Shown here: piece after piece, positions 24,748 through 37,632 of the stretch
Layout of the letters: every line of letters begins with the position of its first letter
Numbering within the stretch: position 1 is the stretch's first letter
Assembly: GCA_964276515.1 (NCBI GenBank)
Contig: OZ193909.1
Location: forward strand, 3,534,001 to 3,598,000
Length of the DNA: 64,000 nt
From: Gordius albopunctatus
Lineage: Eukaryota
Direction of reading: 5' to 3'
Translations under genes and position numbers: made by a program
Notes under the pieces: model-generated
What the model saw: only the letters and a program-made list of their open reading frames with translations
Told to the model about the DNA's origin: nothing
The model's database searches: none

Positions 24748-26600
24748 CTAGCTGTGCCCGGCCAAGCGTTGCTTTGGCTCAGTCCTTAAGTGGTTAAATA
24801 AGTATAACCTATTAATAAGAGTTATCTAAAATGGGGTCATATATGAAATAATTTATAATGTGAAAGGTCTGAATGCTAATGCAAATAAATATCCATAATA
24901 TTCATTTAAGAGCGATATAAAATATTTATAAATGCTTATAAGAGTATATTAGCATTAAAATATAAAAAACTTATAATCATGTATGGGTAATAAAGAGCTG
25001 CATGAAGATTTTGGCTGAAAGTATAATGTAAAAAATGATGTAAATAGTAAAATAAAACCTGCAAGGGAAAGTTGATGGATAAAGGGTAAATCAATGATAG
25101 GTCTTATGAAGAATAAGGTAACACACGTACAGTATTATATCTTCTTGTGAATGTCTCGTCAAATTTGGTTATAATACTCTGGCGTAATAAAAAGGGGAGA
25201 AATGCTAAAAGAAATATAAAATCAATGGGCTTTGATGGTAATTGCTAAAAGTTATAAGTGGATAAATAGAAATGACACTAACTTTAGAAAAGTAGTGAGG
25301 CGTTATAAAGAGGGTTGTAGGTTCGGGTAAGAGATGCTTCGCAGCTTAACTTCTGCCTTAGAAAGGAACAAATTGCTATAATGCTTGGGGATAGACAATA
25401 TTTTTGGTCATGTTATTTTCTGTGTATATATAGAGATTTAGTGGATTGCCGACGCGCGAACATGCAACATATAATTGTCCATGTGAGAAGCAATCTGTTT
25501 CTAAATCGATTCCACAAATTTCAAGGGACTGGCCTTGAGCTTTGTTAATGGTTATAGCAAATGCGAGTTTGAAAGTAAATTGCAATCTTTTAAATTCAAA
25601 GGGCATATCTGTTAGAATTAAAGGGATCCGTGGTATGAAGACATCTTCTCCCGTGAAAGGTCCAGTCAAAATCGTGGCCTCAACAACGTTGCACATTAAG
25701 CGTTTAATAGCAAGACGTGTGCCCTTGCAAAGTTTTGGCTGATTAATATTGCGCAACATGTTAATCGGTACCCCAATTTTCAAATGCAAAACGTGTGGTG
25801 GTACGCCTGGAAGATCTAGCGAATTTAAAAATTCGATCGGATAATTAACAGCATCATCAGCACTAACAACAGTGTCAACCGACTTGTAGGTGATAGGACT
25901 GCTGTGAATGGTAGACAGAATGAGATTGTTAAGTTCGTGGACTTTTTTTATTCTTTGGGGCGAGAATTGCCCGTTGACGGAGCCAAATTGGATCTAGATA
26001 ATGGGTGTTAATATTTGGAAAAACGTTTTCCACCAAAGCTGTTTTGGAAGGCACTAAATGGCATAAGTTGTTAGGAAATGAAATCCGTCCTGAGTTTATA
26101 TCAACGGGCATGGTTCCGTTTCCAATTTCTAGCAATTGATGGGAAAATAACTCACATGTTTGTTCATTTTGTAACACCACACGCGTATTAGTAGTTAAAT
26201 GTAAGGTTTTGACGTAAGGCCATAAAATAGAATATTTAAGGCAAGCATTGATCTCGTCAGCAGGGGTAATCGAGGAAGCACTGGTAAAGTTTGCCTAAAA
26301 TCTCATGCAAGCAATAAAAATGCGCCACCAAAAGATCTGGAATCGCGCCGCAAATCTTGCAAAGAACGATCTAAAGCTTCGAACGATTTTTTATGGGCCA
26401 TTGTGCATTCATCCTACACGATAAGTTTGCACCTTTCTAATACTTTACCCATTCCAGATGCTCGTGAAACGTTGCACATGGGAGTTTCACTATAATGAAT
26501 GTTTAAAGGCAATTTTAAAGGAGAATGTGCAGTTTTACCATCAGGCAACAATGTCGCAGCTATTCCCGAAGATGCAAGAGCCACGGCTATTTCATTTTGG
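24748..26600 (-). mobile_element. Helitron, 3' part with disrupted PIF1-family helicase
   Basis: 3' terminus ...acgcttggccgggcacagCTAG at 24748. Helicase motifs ASSGIAATLL, RAILAPKN, LKIGVPINMLRN, FAITINKAQGQSL, SHGQLYVACSRV, broken by stops and frameshifts. Confidence 0.9.
25376..26580 (-). pseudogene. Helitron Rep/Hel PIF1 helicase C-terminal domain (broken)
   Basis: ORFs 25376-25789 and 25929-26180 plus upstream fragments carry SF1 helicase motifs. Confidence 0.88.
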
Positions 26601-26974
26601 GATATTAAAAAGATATAAATATGAAATTAGCATTTAAGATGGCATTGCATTGTCATATTTAAATAAATTCATTAGACAAAATCTGTGGTTACAGTTTGTT
26701 TCATTAATAGTACTTTTATTTGTCGATTTAATTTTACACCACAATTTTCGCGCTCGAATGTAATTTGTTTTAATAATTTTTCGGGTCGGGTCGGGTTCGG
26801 ATAGAAAATTTAAAAATGATTTCGGGTCGGGTTCGGGTATAAAATTTGAAAATGATTTCGGGTCGGGTCGGGTCCGGGTAGAAAATTTGAAAATGTTTTC
26901 GGGTCCGGGTAGAAATTTTGAAGATGTTTTCGGGTCGGGTTCGGGTTGAAAAAAAGTGACTTTGCAGTTCTCTA
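26600..26974. mobile_element. End of a hAT-like MITE with (TCGGG)n subterminal repeats
   Basis: Repeated tcgggtcgggttcggg blocks ending gcagttctcta. Confidence 0.55.
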
Positions 26975-27664
26975 GCATAAGGTAATTATCATAGTCAACC
27001 TAATATACGAATTCAAAAACGAAAAAAAAATTTCGAATGACAATTTGGCCAATGGTCATATTTTTATTGATCAGCACCAAGACACTGTCTATAAATACAT
27101 ACGAGTCAAAAAAACAAAAAAAAAATTTCGAATCACATTTTGGCTAATGGTCATTTTTTTCAATGGTCAGCAGCCAGCGGACGACCAAAAAGCCATATTA
27201 TCAATGGTATTAACAAGAACAATATATTAATTTAATTTTAAAAAAAATAAAAATTTTGCCTACTCCGGGATTCGAACCCGCATCAGTAGAGGCATAAGCC
27301 TTTGTAGGGGCACAGGGACCCGTATCAGTATAGGTAGAGTTATTAAATTGCTAACTTGCTTCAAACTCCAGAGGCGAGTGTAACGAAGTGGCCAGGGGAG
27401 ATAACGCTAAACTCAGATTCTAAACCAAGAGACTACATCAAGAAACAGAGACTCTTTTATTAGGTGGATAAGGCTTTATATACACATAGTGAAGGACATA
27501 TATATAAAAGTAGTAATCAAATAAGAGATAAAGTACGGTGTAAACTAAGGTATATTCAAATGGCTACGCGTATTTCAATTATCTGTGACCGCGCTCAAGT
27601 ATAGGAAAAACGCGCGTATTCAAATTGCAAGCTTGAATGTGGCTACACTACACTTCTCCCCCCA

Positions 27665-30621
27665 TTAAGCGGAACCTTTAGGATATCTGACAGTTGGCAC
27701 TGATACTCTTTTATAAGGAAGTATATTGTCTTCTGAAATCGCTGCTGGATCTGGTCGTTTGACTGCTCTCATATGGTCGGGGTGTTTTATTTGAGTTTTG
27801 TCACCCAGTTGTGCGTCATAGGTCAAGTAACTGTTTTTTGTAAGGACTTGACCTTCTCTCCACCCTGGAGATCTGTCATTTTTTACCCAAACTTTTTGAT
27901 TTGGAGCAAAATCACGGTATTCCAGGCCCCGGTTCCTGTAATACTTTTGTTTCCAAACGGAATCACTGATTTTCTCCTTTCGTGTCCATTTTAATTGATC
28001 AAGAGTTGTTCGAAGTCTTCTATTGAACATACCTTCCCCCGGACTAATACCCGTGGTAGTATTTACCGTCGTTCGCATATTAAATAAAACTTGTAATAAA
28101 TTTTCACGATCGTTCAGGCCTTGTCTCCTCCCCGCAAAAAATTTGCTCTTTATGGTCCGTATATATCTTTCTGCTAGACCGTTTGTTCTAGGGTGGTACG
28201 GTGCGCCTCGAAAATGTCGTATTCCATTTCTTTTGCAGAAAGTTGTAAATTCATATGATGTGAATTGAGGACCATTGTCACTAACTATATAACGAGGAAG
28301 CCCAAATCTGCAGAATAAAACTCGTAAATTATAAATAATGTTAGACGTGTTGATTTGTTTTATAACCATAACTTCCGGCCATTTAGTGAGGGCATCAATA
28401 CAAACCAACCAATAATTATTTGATATTGGGCCCGCCAAATCAATGTGAATCCTTTCCCATGGTTTGTTGGGAATATTCCAGCTGGACATTGGTACTTCTT
28501 TCGTTAAAGGCTTACCTTCTTGGCAATTATTACAACCATTTACATATTCCTCTATATCATTGTCCATGTTGGTCCAATAAACATAGTATCTCGCTGATGA
28601 TTTCATCGCTCCAATCCCAGGGTGCCCATTATGTAGTATTTTTAAAACTTGTTACTTTAAACCATAAGGAATGATAATTCTATCATTGAAATATAATAGG
28701 TTATCTTCCAATGATATATAATTCTTCAAATCCAAATATTTTTTAACTTTATCATTAGAAATATCTCCTTGCCAATTATTTTGAAATAATTTAACAACTT
28801 CTTTAAGAATATCGTCTTTTAAAGTTTCATTAATCAAAGTTTTTCTATTAATTGTTAAGTCATCAATTAGATTTAATTTAATTAGTTTATCTTCAAACTC
28901 CTCTTCCGGATCAGAATAATTTGAAACTGGCATTAATCTTGATAAAGCGTCGGCACATTTATTCCATGATCCCGGCATATATTTAATATCAAAATTATAG
29001 TGCATAAGTTTCGTCGCCCATCTGACTAAACGATTATTTGTTACTTTACTCAAATCCCTATTAGGACCAAAAATCCTTTCCAATGGGCGGTGGTCTGTAA
29101 TTAATGTAAATTTCCTACCGTAAATGTATTCGTGAAATTTTTGTATAGCAAACATGATTGCGGCAGCTTCTCGGTCAATAACCGAGTAATTACGTTCAGC
29201 TGGACTAAGTGTCCGAGAGGCGAAAGCAATCGGTCTTTCATGTCCATTAAAAAATTTATGTGAGATAACTGCTCCTAAACCTGTTTCAGAAGCGTCGCAT
29301 GAGATTATAATAGGTATATTATTTTGATATGGAATTATTGTTTTATCTTTTGAGATTAAGTTTTTTATATTGTTAAATGCTTGTTTTTCTGTTATAGTCC
29401 AATTCCATTTGACTTTAGTAGATGTTAATTTATACAAAACTGAACTTTTAGATTGCAAATTTGGAATAAAACTTTCAAGGTAGTTAACTAGACCCAGGAA
29501 TGATTTTAATTCTTTGCGATTAGTTGGTTCTTTAAATTTTTTAATCGACTTCACCTTATCTTCACTAGGGTGAATGCCACTTGCATCTATCGTATGACCC
29601 AAAAATTTAACAGATTTTTTGAATAATTGAAATTTGTTTAGGGACGTAGTAAATTTTTATTATGGTCTTCCTTGTTTTTTCCACTTATTATAATATCATC
29701 CATAAAAACACTTACGCCTTTTAAACCTTTGAGCAAGTTTCTCATATAAGGTGAAAGATTATTGGGGCTGTTGTTTAAACCGAAAGGAAGCCTTAAATAT
29801 TGAAAATACCCTATATGTGTGGCTATGTTCAACAATTTTGAACTTTCCTCCGAAACTTGTAATTGCAAAAAAGCATCTTTTAAGTCTATGATCGAAAATA
29901 TTTTACCACCCGATATTTCACTCGCGACGTCCTTGAACGTTGGGAGAAGATCGTTGTCCTTTGATAAATATTTATTTAATGTCACTCTGAAATCACCACA
30001 TATACGGACGTAACCGGATTTCTTCCTTATGTTAACCGTAGGTGTTGCCCATTTGATTGGAGTTATAGTTGGATCGATTTTTCTAATAACCCCTTCACTT
30101 TCTAAACGTTTCAATTCTTTTTCGATAGCTTGACGCATGGGAAATGGTACCCGCCTCGCCGTGTAGCTTATGGGACATGCTGTTTTTTCCACCTCAATCA
30201 CGACTTTAAGGTCTTTAACTTTACCATATTTTTGACTAAAAACTGCTGGGAACTGTATAAAAATATCGTCTTCCGTTAAATATTTTTTTTCATCGGAAAT
30301 AACATTTAATTTAATGATTGGTGGAAGTGATAATTTATATTTAATGATATGAGGGATACCGAAAATCAAATTTCCTTTACCTTTAATAACATGTGCATCT
30401 ATGACATGTGATATTTTGTTAACTTCTACCTTGGCATTGCATTTCCCCAAAGTTTTAATTTTGGTTTTGCCATAACCATATATCTCCGAACCCGGTGTTA
30501 GGGGTGGCTTACCTATGCTACGCCACGTTGGTTCATCTATAACTGTGCAAGCTGCACCCGTATCGAATTGAAACGTATATGGTCTCTCATTGATCAAAAC
30601 ATCAATCTCCGCTTTCGTTAT
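27665..30621 (-). pseudogene. pol: Gypsy Pol (PR, RT, RNase H, integrase), disrupted
   Basis: FDTGA, FMDD, CDAS, TDHRPL, SDNGPQF, NGLAER; frameshift near 29640 and in-frame stop at 28652. Confidence 0.92.
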
Positions 30622-31410
30622 CTAGTCTTTGTTTTTTAGAGCGGATATGTTCCTTGGCGGAAAAAGAGGATTCGACCAGCAGTCTCGGGAAAGATGATTC
30701 GCTCTCCCACACCTATAACATACTACTTTCCTGTTCCTAAAAGTGCTAAAATTAGGAACGGTTTTAGAAAAAGTATTAGAATTATTATTCCTAATCCCGA
30801 ATGTTTTATCCTGTCGTACTTTATTTATCTCCAATTCGTTGGACGTTTCACCTTCAATTGATGAAAGAGCCAGCGCAAGATTTACCGTTTCATCAAACGT
30901 TATGTTACCTAAGGGGTATTTGGCCCTTAATTCAATATTTAACCTAGGTAATTTGACCCCTAGGATAAATATATCACGTAAAATTTCATCAGTGGGTAAA
31001 TTATATTTGCACCGATTTATAATATTTTTGAGTTTTATTGAAAAATCTATTATACTCTCATTAGTTCTCTCCGATTTAAATAATATTTCTCTGTAATGGT
31101 AAATTGAATTTTTATCTGAATATATCCTTATCAAAGATTCCTTAATTTCCTCATAAGTAACGCTATCCACATCCTTAGGATATATTTGACTTCTAATTTT
31201 ACTCAAATGTAAACTTCCGATGTACGACAATAAAACTATTTTTCTAAAATCTCCCGTAATATTTCTAAGGCGAAAAATTAATTCTACATGATAAAGATAA
31301 TCATCAATATTTTTAGTTGCATCATAAGATGGTATATCTCTAACCCTATCAAGAGAATATCCAGAATCTAATTCGGATTTTGACCCAATGTCCGGCTTCT
31401 TCTCCGTCAT
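30622..31410 (-). CDS. gag: Gypsy Gag with CCHC zinc knuckle
   Basis: 262-aa ORF after the PBS; CYRCGRANHLSRDC. Confidence 0.85.
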   Translation of the reverse strand: MTEKKPDIGSKSELDSGYSLDRVRDIPSYDATKNIDDYLYHVELIFRLRNITGDFRKIVLLSYIGSLHLSKIRSQIYPKDVDSVTYEEIKESLIRIYSDKNSIYHYREILFKSERTNESIIDFSIKLKNIINRCKYNLPTDEILRDIFILGVKLPRLNIELRAKYPLGNITFDETVNLALALSSIEGETSNELEINKVRQDKTFGIRNNNSNTFSKTVPNFSTFRNRKVVCYRCGRANHLSRDCWSNPLFPPRNISALKNKD

Positions 31411-32734
31411 CTTAATTGATAACTAGAACAATAACAGAGTATATTAGGTGTAGAAGTGTTTATCCTCGTCGCCAAATGTAACGAAGTGGCCAGGGGAGAT
31501 AACGCTAAACTCAGATTCTAAACCAAGAGCAAGAAACAGAGACTCTTTTATTAGGTGGATAAGGCTTTATATACACATAGTGAAGGACATATATATAAAA
31601 GTAGTAATCAAATAAGAGATAAAGTACGGTGTAAACTAAGGTATATTCAAATGGCTACGCGTATTTCAATTATCTGTGACCGCGCTCAAGTATAGGAAAA
31701 ACGCGCGTATTCAAATTGCAAGCTTGAATGTGGCTACACTACAGCGAGCACGCACACTGAGTTGCTTAACATGCACGTTAGCACAATATGTGCTCTCTGT
31801 TCGGTGCACTTAGCATATAAAAATGCTCGAGGACCGAGCAGAAACTCGAGCAGATGGTAGCTGGAGTTGAAGAAAGTTAGCAATTTAACAACTCTAAGTA
31901 TAGGCATAGGCCCTTGTAGGAGAGGCCATGGAGTCATTATCAATGTTAAGCTAATATACCAATTCAAAAACAAAAAAAATTTCGAATCACAATTTGGCCA
32001 ATGGTCATTTTTTCATTGGTCAGTAGCCAGAACACGGTCAGAAAATCATATTATCAATGGTATTAACAAGATCAATATATTAATTTAATTTAAAAAATAA
32101 ATAAAAATTTTGCCCTATCCGGGATTCGAACCAGCAATTCAGAACGTTCGCCGGGATTCTAACCAACATTAATAGAGGCATAGGCTTTTGTAGGGGCACA
32201 GGGACTCATATCAGTAGAGGCATAGGCACTTGTAGTGGAGGGCATAGGGAAAATATCAATGTTGTCCTAACCTAATCAAAAACGAGGAAAAAAAATTTCG
32301 ATTCACATTTTGGCCAATGGTCATTTTTTTCATTGGTCAGCAGCCAGCGGACGGTCAAAGTGTCATATTATCCATGGTATTAAGAAGAACAAATTATTAA
32401 TTTAATTTTAAAAATCGAACCTCCGGGTCAGGAAGCTGGTGTAAATAACTTGGTGGACGACTGACGACGGACAACAAAAAACGAGCCCATAAATTGCATA
32501 GCAATTAATTTTAAATTAAAAAGAAACGGTTTTATTATACTTGGACCTCATATCATGTACCGTAAAAATAATTTGATCTGTTTTTTAATTAATTTTGCTA
32601 TAAAATATTTTGTAATAAAGCTTTTGCTCATATTAGTGTAGTGTAAAATACCAACCCTATTTTTTAAGTTTATGTAAATGGCAACACAAAAGGATATTAG
32701 GATTTATGTGTTGAGTATTTAGCTACTTGCAAAG

Positions 32735-33197
32735 CTGTTTAACAAAACACTTGCAAGTGGTATGATGCCTGATGAGTGGAGGGAAAGCTATGTTATACCT
32801 ATCTATAAATTGAAGGGAGATGTACAAGAATGCAGCAACTATAAAGTTAACGAGTCACGTAATGAAGATGTAAGAAAAGGTTATAGAAGCTAGACTCCGA
32901 AAATAATATCAATAGATGAACGATAATTTGGGTTCATGTCTGGAAAGTCGACTTCAGATGCAATACATGGTCTTAGGATACTTATGGAATTATATAAGGA
33001 AAAACAAAAGGATCTTCATACGTGTTTCATCGATCTTGAGAAAGCTTTCAATAGAGTGCCAAGACAGTTGATATGGGATAGCCTGAGTTACAATGGTGTA
33101 CCCGACGCTAATATAATGTTAATAAAGGATATGTATATAAACGCAAAAACCAAAGTTCGGACATCCAGTGGTACATCAAAGGGATTCAGTCTAAATT
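32735..33197 (+). mobile_element. RTE-like RT fragment
   Basis: MPDEWRES..IPIYK.KGDVQECSNY, KSTSDAI, FIDLEKAFNRVPR. Confidence 0.8.
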
Positions 33198-33318
33198 AGT
33201 GATAGGAAAACCTCAGGTTTTGTCGACCTAACCTAATAGGTTAGGCTTTTCAAAAAACCTTGACTTCTTTAGAAGCGCTAAAATCTGCCTCAGGGTTAGA
33301 GGTAAAAATTAACCTAAA

Positions 33319-34758
33319 TAGTGTTTCGATCTCGTCTCTGTCTCGAAATCGAAATCTTGTCTCGTCTCGGCAACGATTATGACGATCTCGATCTCGTCTC
33401 GACTTTTAAAAAGAATATATACGGAATAAGAATTTCTCCTGTTTTATTAAAAATATTAAATAAGTTTTAAAAAATTAAAATGGCAAATTTTTATATTTTT
33501 TGATAAACTTTAATACACAAACTTTTTAAAGATTTAGCGGGACACGACATTTCATTGTCAATATAAAGATATGAATTCATTCAAAAAAATAACATTTTCT
33601 ATGGTAATTGCAGACTAAAAAACTATAAATAAATTTGAAGTATAGAAAATTTAATTTTATTGTTCTAGCAAATTATAACGTTTGTATCAAATCACCGTGT
33701 TTGTCAACTATAAAGACTTAGAAAATAATAATTTCGGTTATAGTTGACTTACTTGCACAATTTAGCAAATTGAGACCCTTTATTAACCCTGGCTAAAGCT
33801 TCAAAGTAGACCTTAACATACTTAAGGCAAACATTTAAGTCCATTAGTACAATTATTAATTATAGCCCATAGTGTTTATTGCATGTTTACTATAGCGTTA
33901 TAAACCACAATGTGCGATTGACTTTTAATGGATAATATTATTATTTACAGAATTGATAACTAGATGCACATATAAAAACGGGTAGAAACAACAATAAAAG
34001 CAGCATTATTATAGGATTAGGAATATGAGGTTTTAAACTCTAAATTGCACGTATTTGAATTCATGAGAAAAATCATTAAAATAAAATTTATATTCCAAAT
34101 ATTTATCTTCCAATTCTAAATAACTTTGACATTAAATAGTTATTTATCGAATATAGCTGAAGCATAAAACTTCTAGAAAACTCATGCTTTAGATTTAATA
34201 TATTGCGGTGTCATTAAATAATCTATTGTACCTTTGAAATCGTTAAGCGGGTGCTGAAAAATCTCGAGTCACCTTAGCTTAACTAGTTTAATTATTCAAA
34301 CTGATTGACCACCAATTTATAATTAACGCATTATGCAGGATGAATAACTGGGAAATATAAATATGCTTTGTTTATATTTACTATTCAATCAGAACTTATT
34401 CTAAGCCTATAATTTTGTAATATTTAATAATGCTATGGATTTAAATATGTGATAAAGATATTATAAAATTATTCACATACCCTAAGTGTCAACCATACTT
34501 AGGTAAATCCTGCGAAAAATATAATATTTTCAGGAATTTTTTTAATGTCAAATATATTCCATACGTACTGATTTACACTTAATACCTTAAATGTAAATCA
34601 TGCAAATTAAAATACACAATATTTTACTAAAATATAACGATAAAAAAGTCGAGATCTCGCCGATAAAATCTCGTCTCGATCTCGACTCCATCTTTTCAAT
34701 TCTCGTCTCGGTTTTTCGAGACGAGACCGAGATTTTTCTCGGTTATTTCGCATCACTG
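33319..34758. mobile_element. Non-autonomous hAT element with (CTCGT)n subterminal repeats
   Basis: tagtgtttcg ... cgcatcactg ends; 8-bp TSD AACCTAAA at 33311-33318 and 34759-34766. It lies inside an AACCT/AGGTT-rich repeat spanning ~33198-34870. Confidence 0.85.
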
Positions 34759-34899
34759 AACCTAAAAACCTCAAGGTCAATTAGAAGCTTATAGCTTAGG
34801 TCAGAGCGCAAAATTAACCTAAACGCTTAGATTAATAAATATTGACCTAGCCTAAGCTAAACCTTTAGGTTAATTTCGAACAGTTATTTCCATGACAAT

Positions 34900-35650
34900 C
34901 CAACTGTTGGATACCAACCATGCGCGCACACCAACAATAATCCAAGCAGTTCTTGGGCAAAAGACTTCATATCCCTTCCTAAACCTAACACACTTAATAG
35001 GATACCCAGTGGAGCAAGGGAAGCATTCAGCGGCCTTCTGAATAGAATCCTCATAGCTATCATCAAAAACCCAGATAATATAGGAGTGGAGAAATCTTTT
35101 CACCATTTGTTATCATACCCTATCAATACGACAAACTAAGGTCGCCCAATTATCTAAGATTATTAAAGAATCAATCCAAAGTTTCGACGAAAATAAGCCC
35201 TTTCTGCTCTCAAAAGAGCCGCATAGGCCTAAGCCTTCATTAGATCTGAAAGCTAAAGCGATAGCCAACAAAATCAATGCCTTGGAAATTAACTCAGCTC
35301 TCCGTATTCTGGGTTCTTCCGATTTGATCGCCCCCCCCCACCAATGCTATATACGATCTCCTTCTCGCCAAACACCCTAAGGGTGAAGCTTTAACCCCCT
35401 CACTGAAAGAAACCCCACCAACCCCATTCATCGACTTGACTGTTTTAGAAGTGACAAATGCAATGAATTCTTTTAAAAAAGATTCATCAGCAAGGCTAGA
35501 TGGAATCCGCCCCATTTTCCTGCAGGACCTAATTAAGCCCTACATAAGCGGCTCACAAAGCTTACTCCCAAATCTAACACACCTCAGCAACATCATAATA
35601 AAAGGCTAATTCCCTCCAGAAGTATCCCAAATTCTTTTTGGCCAAATTAA
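34900..35650 (+). mobile_element. Decayed CRE-type RT N-terminal region
   Basis: Translates in part as AMNSFKKDSSARLDGIRPIFLQDLI...LTHLSNII, resembling the CRE pre-RT block. Confidence 0.6.
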
Positions 35651-36104
35651 TTACAATAAAAATTCAGAATCAAGGGAGATTTCGAAGCAGCTGCCTAGAG
35701 ATGTTAAAATGCTTATATGCTACATGCTCAACCCTGGTAATAGGCACTTATCTCCTACCATTCCCATCTAGCTTAAGGAGCAGATGCTGCTTATAACCCA
35801 GTTACTAGCACCAGCAAATTGAAGCTGCTGATGGGTTCTGGTTGAGTAGGATATAAACTAGCTGGGCATCGAGCAGAATTGCTTGATATAAACCGGGTTA
35901 TCGAGCATGCTTGTTTGAAACTAAACATGGTTTTCAGCAGATTTTATTATAGCTTACTAGCTGAGCAGGCAATTGGCATATAATGCTAATACAAACACAA
36001 TTTTCATATTTATACATAATTGCTTATCAATTTTATTTGAATTTTTAATAATAGATCAATACATTGAGATGTTATGATATTATATATAATAAAATAAAAA
36101 ATAT

Positions 36105-36955
36105 TTATTTTGCGGTTTACCTTAGTCACATTTGTCATGTATTTAATTTTTAAAGCTAGAGAGAAAATTCAAACGAAAATTGGTAGGTTAGGGTGTCATA
36201 AAGTTAGTAAAAATTAAAAAAATAGTTTTGCGGTTTTACTATGGTGACAATTGTCATAATTGTCAATTTTAAAGCTAGAGAGAAAATTCAAACGAAAATT
36301 AGTAGGTTAGGGTGTCATAAAGTTAGTAAAAATTAAAAAAATTGTTTTGCGGTTTTACTATGGTGACAATTGTCATAATTGTCATTTTCAAAGCTAGAGA
36401 GATAATTCAAACGAAAATTAGTAGGTTAGGGTGTGATGAAGTTAGTAAAAATTAAAAAAATAGTTTTGCGGTTTTACTATGGTGACAATTGTCATAATTG
36501 TCATTTTTAAAGCTAGAGAGATAATTCAAACGAAAATTGGTAGGTTAGGGTGTCATAAAGTTAGTACAAATTAAAAAAATTGTTTTGCGGTTTTACTATG
36601 GTGACAATTGTCATAATTGTCATTTTTAAAGCTAGAGAGATAATTCAAACGAAAATTAGTAGGTTAGGGTGTGATGAAGTTAGTAAAAATTAAAAAAATT
36701 GTTTTGCGGTTTTACTATGGTGACAATTGTCATAATTGTCATTTTTAAAGCTAGAGAGATAATTCAAACGAAAATTAGTAGGTTAGGGTGTGATGAAGTT
36801 AGTAAAAATTAAAAAAATAGTTTTGCGGTTTTACTATGGTGACAATTGTCATAATTGTCATTTTTAAAGCTAGAGAGATAATTCAAACGAAAATTGGTAG
36901 GTTAGGGTGTCATAAAGTTAGTACAAATTAAAAAAATTGTTTTGCGGTTTTACCT
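36105..36955. repeat. Tandem array, 119-bp unit, about 7 copies
   Basis: ttttgcgg recurs at ~36226, 36345, 36464, 36583, 36702, 36821 and 36940; unit holds the palindrome tgacaattgtca. Confidence 0.95.
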
Positions 36956-37632
36956 TCGCGACAAGCAAATAATTTTAGCAAAAATTAGTGTGCGAACTTT
37001 TGAACAACGTTATAATTTAAAATAGATTTAGGTTAATTTGGAATAAGTTATTATTTTTCCACCTTATTTAACCCATATATTGTAAATATTAATTATTTTT
37101 ATTTCTTACGAAGGTTTTCGGTAGTTGGATAAACACTAACAGTTTTTAAAAACAAGTAATCTTAAGTAGTGCAAAACGTTGACAGATTCAATACTTCATT
37201 TTTATAATTAAATTTTGTCCTATATTTTAATTGTTGAGATCGTTTTTGAGAAAATCACTTAAGAATTAACTTCCTCTTCATTTTAGAAATTTTCAATTAA
37301 AATTATATCCTTATTTAATTGTGCTAATTTAAATTGTTAAGCAATTTACGCCTTAGTTGATTTATTCCTTGCTGCAATTGCAACTGGTACGCCGGGTAGT
37401 ATAAAAAAATAATACCAATTTTGCAATCTCGCCTCCCCAGCCAGATGTCATGCATGATGTGCATATTCTGATTATGGTGTCTCTCCCCCCCTCCCCTCCC
37501 CTATCATAAAATATTTGAGGAGTGTGTAGTAGTAATAAAACTCTTACTCCAACAAGGCCAAACACCGTTATTTTAAATAGTTTATTGACAAAAAATCAAT
37601 TATTTTAAATGGTAAAAAATTATTTTAAATGG

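Larger units (their letters stand above)
27379..31743 (-). mobile_element. Full-length Ty3/Gypsy LTR retrotransposon
   Basis: LTRs 27379-27652 and 31477-31743 (TG...CA, near identical apart from a 7-bp indel), TSD GCGAG, PBS tggcgacgaggat (fits the tRNA-Ser(GCU) 3' end), PPT tggggggagaag, domain order gag-PR-RT-RH-IN. Confidence 0.96.
27335..31896. mobile_element. ~190-bp hAT MITE interrupted by a Gypsy element
   Basis: TIRs tagagtt(a/g)ttaaattgctaactt...; 8-bp TSD AGTATAGG at 27327-27334 and 31897-31904. Confidence 0.88.
26975..32506 (-). mobile_element. DINE-like element split by nested insertions (pieces 26975-27334 and 31897-32506)
   Basis: The family sequence resumes exactly after the duplicated agtatagg and ends cccataaattgcatagcaatt. 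Confidence 0.7.

Noticed and set aside
30598..30624. In-frame TAG between gag and protease as programmed read-through
   Set aside because: The related element at ~55150 appears to have had a continuous gag-pol, and this copy has other disabling mutations, so a nonsense mutation is simpler
36105..36955. Telomeric repeat
   Set aside because: One ttaggg per 119-bp unit, never in tandem
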